A DNA stretch of 63,816 nucleotides, counting the filler, from Octopus bimaculoides (Eukaryota): the NCBI RefSeq assembly GCF_001194135.2. It is 6 parts of 6 records of this genome, joined end to end, with 100 filler letters (N's around TTAATTAATTAA, not from the genome) between each part and the next. Parts side by side here need not be neighbours in the genome. Positions count along the whole stretch, not along the records: positions 36,246 to 60,304 come from NC_069003.1; positions 60,405 to 62,124 come from NC_068983.1; positions 62,225 to 63,816 come from NC_068999.1; 3 more parts are not named here. The stretch is one strand, 5' to 3'. Numbering within the stretch: position 1 is the first letter of the stretch; each line of letters starts with the position of its first letter. The position numbers were made by a program, and so were the translations under genes. Below the pieces are notes generated by a model. That model was given only the letters and a program-made list of their open reading frames with translations, searched no databases and was not told the origin of the DNA. This document shows positions 54,248 to 63,816 of this stretch, one piece after another.

Positions 54248-54309
<62 letters not shown>

Positions 54310-54559
54310 TTAGTAAAAATAGGGATTCGGAAAAACAATCAAATTTCATCTATATGTATATACATATCCACAGACATACATACATACATACATACATACA
54401 TACATACATACATACATACATACATAGTTGAAATTTATTATTATTAGTATTAGTTTGACGCTCAGTAAAGAATATCTCGCTCTTTTTACTGAGCGTCACA
54501 GGAGTCAAGGGAGTCAGGGGAGTGAAAAATGAAATTGGAAGAGCTGATTTGACGCCCAC

Positions 54560-54862
54560 CAACTACAAATATCGTGTCTCCCGGTAAAGACTTTTCGTTC
54601 ATGAGATAATATTTATTCTGTCCCAAGGAACGTACGCATACTTTCTGTCATCAATCTAGTTAGTAATTTCCACAAAAATGGAAGACACGATATCGGACGG
54701 AACTTATCAACGGCGTTTCCTTTTGCTAGGTCTGTTCAGCACAAAATGATTTCCCCGTGGATCAGCCATGGCGGTATCAGTTCTCTGTTATTCAAGAAAC
54801 TATCTAGCTGTAGGGAAATTCCTTCGTGCTGTGAGCTCAATATCCTTTCACAGTAACCATCC
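54560..54862 (-). mobile_element. R4/Dong-type RT relic
   Basis: [78 protein letters not shown]; RT motif [14 protein letters not shown]. Confidence 0.8.
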
Positions 54863-55755
54863 TTTTATAAATGTGCATATCCTTCTCAGTTGCAATCACT
54901 ATTTCCTGCTTTAATATGCTTCGAGTCATTCATCTTTCACTCGTTTCATTATGTTCTTTTCCTGTCCCTGAACGTCATTCCGGGATTTCTTACTACACAC
55001 ACGCACACACACACGCTCACACACGCGCACACACACACACACACACACGTATGCACATATACAAACGCACATGTAAACTCGTGCCTACACTGATGAGATA
55101 CATACACAAAATTATGCACACAATTTGATATTTATTTCTTTTACTTATTTTAGTCATTAGACTGCGACCATACTGGGGCACCACCTTGAAAAAAATTTAG
55201 TTGAACGAATCAACCCCAGTACTTATTTTTTCTATCGTACACTTTTGCCGAACCACTAAATTACGGAGACGTATACACACCAACATGAGTTGTCATGTGG
55301 GTATGGTGACAAATACACTCACACGCATACACACACAGAGTATGTGTGAGTGTAGTTGTGTCTGTCTTTGTCACCACACCCACATCTAAGGGCGAAAACC
55401 TGTCCTCACTGACCCCCGGATTATTTATTGTTTAGTGATTTACAGACCAAATGACCGTAACGGATTTCTGCCTCCCAGAGTTGCATTTATCTTCGGCTTT
55501 AGAGTTTGACGAGACGTTCATGGGGCTAATCCTTTTGTGGATGCAAAACCATTGGTCCCTCTATGACCGGACATAGATTTAAGTGCTCATATATATGTAT
55601 ATATATATATTTACTTGGAGAATGGAGCAACAAATACAAGAAAAAGCATTTTCGTTGGACTAGATAGCCGTTGTTTTATTATGTGGAACTTGTGAAATGA
55701 GTCAGTGTGGAGGTTTAGGTTATGTAATGAGTCATTCTGTATATTATGTCTTAGT

Positions 55756-55807
55756 CACTAACGTACGTTTCGATGCAGCCATTAGTTTGGCCGATCTCTT
55801 CAGAGTG
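55756..55807 (-). ncRNA. Minimal type-I hammerhead ribozyme motif (Penelope-type)
   Basis: Minus strand: CACU-CUGAAGA-GAUCGGCC aaacuaau GGCUGcAUC-GAAAC-GUAC-GUU-AGUG. Intact core, 8-bp stem II with one bulge, palindrome AACGUACGUU, GUU triplet, 4-bp stem I. Confidence 0.65.
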
Positions 55808-55846
55808 TTGAAGGGTATATTCGAAGTTTGTGGTGTGCGAAATGTA

Positions 55847-55882
<36 letters not shown>

Positions 55883-56493
55883 AAATAACAAGAGATAGAT
55901 ATTGGTTCAATTACTACAGCTGTTTCAAACGTGTTTTTTTTATTGATGCAAGAATTAAACATTTAAAAAATTTAAAAAGGAACATTCCAAGGAACCCAAG
56001 TAAGTACCATTCCATGATTCCCTGGCGAATTTCGGTGAGAACTTCTTTTAGTTTCTGTCTCTAAAAATCCACCTTTCGTCTATTCAAATTCACTTTTTGG
56101 TTGTTTGGTCGGCCCAAGTAGAAGACACTTGCCCAAGGTGCCATGCAGTGGGACTGAACTCGGAACCATGTTGGGAAGCAAGCTTCTTACCACATAGTCA
56201 CACTGCACCTATTCTTACATCACAGGCACGCCTGCGGCTATTCATTCCGATTAAATATACGACTGTTGAACGTTTGAAGTTTATACGTAAATGTTGACAT
56301 TAACATAAGAACTGGAGGATGTAATTCTCTCAGTGGGATGTCCTTGGATCCATTTTCACGCTAAGAAAGCATGCGTTCAGCTATGGAGGTGAGTCATAAT
56401 GGAATTCCTCTGCAGAAATGGCTGATGCATCATCATACCAGAACACACTGATACATGCAGGCGTGCGCTCACATCAATCAATCAATCAATCAA

Positions 56494-56557
<64 letters not shown>

Positions 56558-56573
56558 CCTGTTTATCCGTCCG

Positions 56574-56632
<59 letters not shown>

Positions 56633-56653
56633 CAAAGTAACTATTCTCATAAC

Positions 56654-56966
56654 GAAGGCGCGTAGGTTAGTCGCTTGGTTATTTAGCACATGATCGTGAG
56701 TTCGATTCCCGGTGACGCGTTGTGTCCTTGAGCAAGACACTTTATTTCACGTTGCTCCAGTCCACTCAGCTGGCAAAAATGAGTTGTATTTGTAATTCAA
56801 GGGGCCAGCCTTGTCACACTCTGGGTCACGCTGAATCTCCTTGAGAACTACGTTAACGATATGCGTGTCTGAGGACTACTCAGCTACTTGAAAGTTAGTT
56901 TTATGAGCAGGCTCTTCGGTTGATCGTACCGACTGGAACACTCCTCGTCGTAACCGACGGAGAGCC
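56654..56966 (+). mobile_element. Chimeric SINE: family-D head/CORE joined to a family-B tail
   Basis: TGTGTCCTTGAGCAAGACACTTTATTTCACGTTGCTCCAG followed by CAGCCTTGTCACACT...GAGAACTACGTTAA...GTCGTAACCGACGGAG. Confidence 0.7.
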
Positions 56967-57149
56967 AGGACAAACGTGCTCAAATGGTCAATCTGTGATT
57001 GCCTTTTTTTTGTAGAATAACAAAACCGATGAAAATTGATCGAGATTTTCATCGCTGTTTCGTGAATCTCTTTGGAATCGGAATCTTTGTATTCTGGTGG
57101 GCGACTCCGAACGGAATTGATAAATCTACTCCATCTATGTTATTGGGTA

Positions 57150-57434
57150 AATAATGATGATGATGATGGTGGTGGTGGTGTGGAAGATAATTAAAATGGT
57201 TTTGATGATGACGATGATGGTGATGATGCTGTGGTGGTGGTGGCGGTAGTAGTGGCGGTGGTGGTGGTGTTGGTGCTGCTGATGATGGTAAGATAATTCT
57301 GAAGATTTTGGTAATGGTAATAGTGATGGTGGTGGCAGATGCGATGACGATGGCAGCAAATGTGGTGATGATGATGATGATGTTAATGACGGCGAGGGTG
57401 ACGGCGGTGGTGGTTGTGCTCTTGGTGATGGCAG

Positions 57435-57474
<40 letters not shown>

Positions 57475-57910
57475 ATTGCTGCTGATGATGACGACGACGA
57501 CGATGACGACGATGATGACGACGATGATGATGATGACGACGACGATGATGTTGATAACGATGATGACGACGACGATGATGATGACGACGACGATGACGAC
57601 GACGACGATGACGACGACGACAATGATGACGACGACGATGACGACGACGACGATGACGACGACGACGATGACGACGACGACGATGACGACGACGACGATG
57701 ACGACGATGATGATGACGACGATGATGTTGATGACGATGACGATGATAGAGGTGATAGTGGTAGTGATGATGGTGAGAATGATGACGACGACGACGTCGA
57801 CGTGGGTGATGATAATGTTGATAATGATGATGGTGGTGGAGGCGTTGTTGTTGTTGTTGTTGTTGTTGTTGTTGATGATGATGATGATGATGATGGTAAC
57901 GGTGATGATA
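57150..57910. repeat. Compound trinucleotide repeat (GAT/GAC/GGT/GTT)n
   Basis: Visible triplet runs; source of the poly-M/T, poly-S and poly-D pseudo-ORFs. Confidence 0.9.
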
Positions 57911-58414
57911 ACTTTATTGCTTGCAGATATTATTGTCAGTTTTTCTTTTCTTTTTTTAATATATATGTATATTTTGGTTTTATTTTTCGTTTAATATGCG
58001 AATCGAATTGCACAATGAACAGGATCCAAATTCTTTATCTTATCTACCAAACTATGTTGGTTCTCGGCAAAGAATGATAAGACAAGAGAGGAAGAAGATG
58101 AAAGGCAGAAAGAGAGGTGGTGGGGGGGAATATGGAGATTGAGAGTGGTAGAGAGAGATAAAAAAAACCCCAGGAAATGCTAAGGGAAAAAAATAAAACA
58201 AAACCGAAAGCCAGAAATCTAGGCAATCGTATGCATGCACACACACACACATACACACACACATACACACACGCACACACACACACATACACACACACAC
58301 ACATACTTACACACACGCTCGTGCGCGCGCACAGATGCATCTTTATACTCACATATATCTATCTATATATACACATAAATAGATGTGTATATAAACTTAA
58401 GAATCTATCTATCC

Positions 58415-58445
<31 letters not shown>

Positions 58446-59001
58446 ATCTATCTATCTATCTATCTGTCTTTCTGTCTCTCTATCGTTACTTCTTTCAGAC
58501 AACACCCTCCAGCACACACACACATACACACGCACACACATATACACATACCTACATATATACATGCATGTATANNNNNNNNNNNNNNNNNNNNNNNNNN
58601 NNNNNNNNNNNNNNNNNNNNNNNNNNNNNNNNNNNNNNNNNNNNNNNNNNNNNNNNNNNNNNNNNNNNNNNNNNNNNNNNNNNNNNNNNNNNNNNNNNNN
58701 NNNNNNNNNNNNNNNNNNNNNNNNNNNNNNNNNNNNNNNNNNNNNNNNNNNNNNNNNNNNNNNNNNNNNNNNNNNNNNNNNNNNNNNNNNNNNNNNNNNN
58801 NNNNNNNNNNNNNNNNNNNNNNNNNNNNNNNNNNNNNNNNNNNNNNNNNNNNNNNNNNNNNNNNNNNNNNNNNNNNNNNNNNNNNNNNNNNNNNNNNNNN
58901 NNNNNNNNNNNNNNNNNNNNNNNNNNNNNNNNNNNNNNNNNNNNNNNNNNNNNNNNNNNNNNNNNNNNNNNNNNNNNNNNNNNNNNNNNNNNNNNNNNNN
59001 N

Positions 59002-59037
<36 letters not shown>

Positions 59038-59061
59038 TTTGTGTGTGCATGTGTGTGTGTT

Positions 59062-59555
59062 ACAGAATTGTCCGATTACATTTGGCATTTGAAAGTACAT
59101 GCCACTGATTTCAACATCAAGTGGAAGGTCCTTGAGACAAGCAAACTTTACAAGAACGAGAATGAAAGATGTGATTTATGTGATGCTGAAAAAAAGCCTC
59201 ATGCTTAAAGGCCTAAAAAAAGCAAGATAAGAATTGTTTACAAAATGTCGCGAATTTGATAACCATTTACTGAAAAATTGGAATTTATCAGCAATGCCAC
59301 TTCACTAAATGATTTTCACCGACTCTTAACATCCATACTCTGATTCCAACATCAAGTAGAAAGTTCTTGAGACAAGCATACTTTACAAGAACGAGTATGA
59401 AAGATGTAGTTTATGCGCGGCCGAGAGAAAGCCTTGTGCTTAAAAACCTCAAAACGCAAGATCTGAATTTTTTACAAAATGTCGTGACTTCGGTAAGCAT
59501 TTACTGGAAATCTGGTATTTATTAGCGATACCACTTCGCAAATCATTTTTAACCA
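59062..59555 (+). mobile_element. Penelope-like GIY-YIG C-terminal relic, tandemly duplicated (~235-bp period)
   Basis: TELSDYIWHLK...DFNIKWKVLETSKLYKNENERCDLCDAEKK...ELFTKCR. A second diverged copy starts at 59340 versus 59105. Confidence 0.75.
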
Positions 59556-59908
59556 CCTCGAAACACCATTTCCCTACATAATACAGCAATTTTTTTTCTT
59601 TCTGTTGCTTTCTTATAGAGAAGTACCAGGCCCCCCCCCCCCAGAAAGGAAATATAAGTACTGGGGTCGATTCATTCAGCATGGTTGCAATCTAATGACT
59701 GAAACAAGTAAATGATAAAAGATATAAAAGAAAAAAAGCATAAGGAATCTAGTCAAAAACATAGACGGAAACACAAACGCACACACAAAAAAAAAAAAAA
59801 AACAATATTCACTGTTTTCAAGGAAGCTCGTGAATATAAAACAATGGCTGCGAGGACGACAGAGAAACATCGACAGAAGTTAAATCGATAATGGAAGTAC
59901 ACAGTGTC

Positions 59909-60220
59909 ATGCTAAGACAATGGCAAGAAATCGCCGTTTCTTGACCAATACATGACAAGACTGAACAAAACAGAAGTGAATAACGAACCCCAACACTATC
60001 CCGCCCCACAACTGCACAAAAGAAATACGAGAAGTTGTTGAGAAGCAGAAAAGTCAAAGCTAATACAGAAAGCTTTATGATGATCATCTGAAAAATCTAG
60101 CAAATGACAAATTCATATCTGGAAGAAAATGAGAAACTATCCTGATACAAAGAAGCTAAAAATAGAGATAACCGGAATGGGCTGATTGGAAACAAGAAAC
60201 AATCCATAGAATATGAGTGT
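59909..60220 (+). mobile_element. R4/Dong-type relic (post-RT region), highly degenerate
   Basis: RQWQE...QYMTRLNKTEV...LLRSRKVKANTESFMMI...NDK...ETI across frames. Confidence 0.45.
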
Positions 60221-60582
60221 CTTGGGAACGATCAAAAGACTTGCAGACTAATAACATGACCAACATCCAGGGGACTTACATACGTATATATATATATATA
60301 TATANNNNNNNNNNNNNNNNNNNNNNNNNNNNNNNNNNNNNNNNNNNNTTAATTAATTAANNNNNNNNNNNNNNNNNNNNNNNNNNNNNNNNNNNNNNNN
60401 NNNNATATATATATATATATATAAATAAATATTAGGCGCGTGGCCTAGTGATTAGGCCGTTGCACTCACGATTGCTAGATCGTGGGTTCCATTCCCAGAC
60501 CGGACGGCGCGTTGTGTTTTGGAGCAAAACACTTCATTTCACGTTTCTCCAGTTCCCCGCTTTCGATCAGTGGGAAATGTTG

Positions 60583-60613
<31 letters not shown>

Positions 60614-60618
<5 letters not shown>

Positions 60619-61505
60619 ACATCTATTTTCGAAATTTGCCAACGATACCATTGGTGTATACCGGGAAGATGCTTTGGTAGTGTTATACAATTGTGACGGC
60701 CATGCTATGGCAATCACTATTAGAAAACAGTTGTTTCTATCCTTACTTCTTTGGGGCTTAAACTCTCAAATGACGCTAACCTTACTAGGCCTGACTTTTT
60801 AAATGTTCTCTGAGGCCTCAAAACTAATTTATATAAGCCCTTTCAAAAGCCTAAAAAAAACTAAAATATAAATGAACGCTCCTGCCATCCACCGATTGTA
60901 TTTAAAAGCCTAATTCCAAACATTAGCCGCAGGATTACAGGTCTTTCTTCTTCTAAAGAAATATTTAAAAAAAGCTCACCATGTTATTATAAGGCTCTAC
61001 AGGATAGCAGCTTTACTGATAAAATATTTTATAACCCTCCACCATCTCCATCAGCTGGTCGTGAGAATAGGTCTCAAAGTTTTATGGTTCCCCTCCCCGT
61101 TTTCTCCCTAAATGTTAGGAGAAATTTAAGTAGAATATTCTTACACTTATTTGATATTCACTTATCTAACAGCCATAGATACAGAAAGATATTTAATAGA
61201 CACACGATTAAAATTACTTTTTCTTTCTCCCACCCCGTGTAAAGACCTATTTCAATAAATAGCCGACGACTCGAAACTACCCCTTATGCCCATGCAGAGA
61301 TAAATGTAAATGTCTTCTAGGGTAGGAATACGATATATCTTCCGTTGTTTATGAAACACAGGTATCAGCAAAGTATGACGACAGCCGAACAGAGATTGAG
61401 CGTTACAATGGATCAATGGAACGAAAAGTTACATCTAGATATAACAACCATGTTTCGACCTTTAGGCACCGTGGGAAGAGACATGCAACAATCCTCTCAG
61501 CATTA

Positions 61506-61601
<96 letters not shown>

Positions 61602-61663
61602 ATCTATCTATTTACCTATCTATAAATATGTGTGTGTATGCATATATGTGAGTGTATGTGTGT

Positions 61664-61695
<32 letters not shown>

Positions 61696-61905
61696 TGGAA
61701 ATTAAAGACGAAAATAAACTTTGACTTCAAATGGAAATACTTTCCAGACGAAATCCTAAATTTACAGGTGAAAAAGATCTTCGATGTGTTCACTCGAAAG
61801 ACTGTGCCTGTTAAAAAACTTAAGAACCTGCAAAGACTAAAAATTCTAGGAACGAGATTTTTTCTTTCGCGTTTTAAATATACATCTTCGTGGGATTTAA
61901 AGACA
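60614..61905 (+). mobile_element. Penelope-like element relic (RT plus GIY-YIG endonuclease), interrupted by a (TG)n/(TA)n tract at ~61507-61695
   Basis: Degenerate translation: IGVYREDAL (GLYRDDGL-like RT motif), LYKPFQKP, SCHPPIVFK, KVLWFPP, KIFNRHTIKI, then YNGSMERKVTSRYNNHVSTFRHRGKRHATILS and, after the microsatellite, WKLK...NFDFKWK. Many frameshifts and stops. Confidence 0.85.
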
Positions 61906-62078
61906 GACCGCCAAACACATTTTAAACTATTCTTATCTGGTTTACGTATTTTTGATATACGTGATTTGTTGCAACGTTGTTTATCTCCCCTGTGTTTTTC
62001 TATCTGTGTTTCTGTCTTTTCGTATAGTTTCCACTTAAACGTCATTTGATTAGAACGCAGCTAACAAACCGTCTTGTT

Positions 62079-62122
<44 letters not shown>

Positions 62123-63816
62123 TANNNNNNNNNNNNNNNNNNNNNNNNNNNNNNNNNNNNNNNNNNNNTTAATTAATTAANNNNNNNNNNNNNNNNNNNN
62201 NNNNNNNNNNNNNNNNNNNNNNNNATATATATATATACATATATATATACATGTATATTTATATGTATGTGTATATATATATATATATATATGTGTGTGC
62301 GTGTATGTGTGGGCGTGTGGGTGTGTGGGTGTGTGTATGTATGTATAACCACGGTATTATTATAAGAGTCACAATTGTCGATATGAACATCTATACGAAA
62401 TTTATGTAGCATTCTTACCTTTTGTCTGTTTACGTGTATATACATCAACCTTTTATGTTGTTTTTGTTTTTTCTTTGTTTTTATTATTTTGTTTTTTTTT
62501 CTGTTGTATTTAGTCGTGATGCATTTTGAAGACGATTTTTATAGAATTTTCTTTTGAAGAGGCTCATCTTTTTAAAATTTGTAATTCATAAATATGTATT
62601 TTAATAACTCAAAATGGTGTTATTATAATATAAGATCATAGTACCGCACAAAAAAATATATAACTATGTAAATATATATATATATATATAATCATATATT
62701 TAGACATACACACACTTATATATGAATACATATATAAACACACACATATATATATGCATGTATATATGCATGTGTGTGTTCGTGTGCGTGAGTGTGTGTG
62801 TGTGGGTGCGCCCGCGCGTGTGTGTTTACTAACATGTGATAACAAGATATTTGTACTTCATTGATGACGGATAGGTTCAATGTTGATAAAATCACGAGAG
62901 TTTATATCATAGATTATCTAGAGATGAAACAATCTGCACCATTCTTACACCATAATTCGGAACTCCCTTGACTAAATGTCTATTTAATACGTATCCCTGA
63001 TTTCAGGTAGCAACCGAATTAATCATGAATCAATATCTTGCAGTCTACTATACTCAAAAAAATGATCGACATAAAATTTCACACAGATAGACATATAAAT
63101 GCAGGTTCGATTGACTAAATATTTCCGCATTTAAAGCTGGTTGCACATTACGTTGTGTTTGATATTGAATGTAGTTGTTTAATTCCTTTTCCTTTAGAGC
63201 GCAATGTCAACTCATCGTTTACACGAAATCTATCAAATACTGCGATATAGGAAATAGCTCGGTGAAGTTTTGGATATTATACTTGAAAGACAAGAGACAT
63301 ACTCGTTGAAACGTACATTTTTTTTTTCTAATAGGAAAATAATTTTCTTGATAAGGTCGATGATGCGGATTTGATCCATCGATCCTCCTAATACATAATT
63401 ACTCCGCACTTTCACATCACTGATCAACAAGATATTACAATAACTGGACACGGCAAAACAATATTTTATTTTTAATACATTAGGTAAACTTTTCATTTCC
63501 TTAGAGATTTCCCGCAAAGAGACTGATTGAATAAGTACCAGGCTTAAAAAAACATTTTAATACTGTGGTTGCTTCTTTCGACAAAATACTTCTCCACAGC
63601 AGCGCCCCAGTATGGCCAAAGACTTATCACTGATACAAATGAAAGAAAACATATACAAACTGAATTATTCTCCATTGACACTGCCACATTATTACATTAC
63701 ATTATATATACATGTATGTATGTATGTATGTATGTATGTATGTATGTATGTATGTATATATATATATGTGTGTATGTGTGTATGTTTGTGTGTGTGTGCG
63801 TTGATATGTATATATA

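Noticed and set aside
57292-58077. ~260-codon Asp-rich open frame resembling acidic biomineralisation proteins, plus the poly-Met/Thr and poly-Ser ORFs
   Set aside because: Entirely (GAT/GAC/GGT/GTT)n triplet repeat, which is open in several frames by construction; no start context or splice support.

Overview
Eukaryotic, AT-rich, gap-ridden scaffold. It is most likely an octopus genome; this is inferred from the extreme microsatellite load and tRNA-derived SINE families. One protein-coding gene is supported: a divergent calmodulin-like EF-hand gene on the minus strand. Its visible exons are an internal exon (41326-41583) and a terminal coding exon (39641-39678), which splice in frame to complete the fourth EF-hand; the 5' exon(s) are not visible. 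The rest is repeats: a complete non-autonomous Helitron, a full-length dead mariner, a truncated CR1/L2-type LINE, several Penelope-like and R4/Dong-type relics, piggyBac-like MITE pieces, at least five SINE/retroposon families, minisatellites and microsatellites. The most notable non-standard observations are three minimal type-I hammerhead ribozyme motifs, all on the minus strand like the gene; an 89-bp near-perfect inverted repeat; an abrupt switch from CpG-decayed to CpG-intact repeats near 21.4 kb; and a 25-bp tandem array whose unit carries a Pol III B-box motif. Most ORFs in the supplied track are microsatellite or N-gap artefacts. Repeat boundaries are read by eye and are approximate unless termini are quoted.
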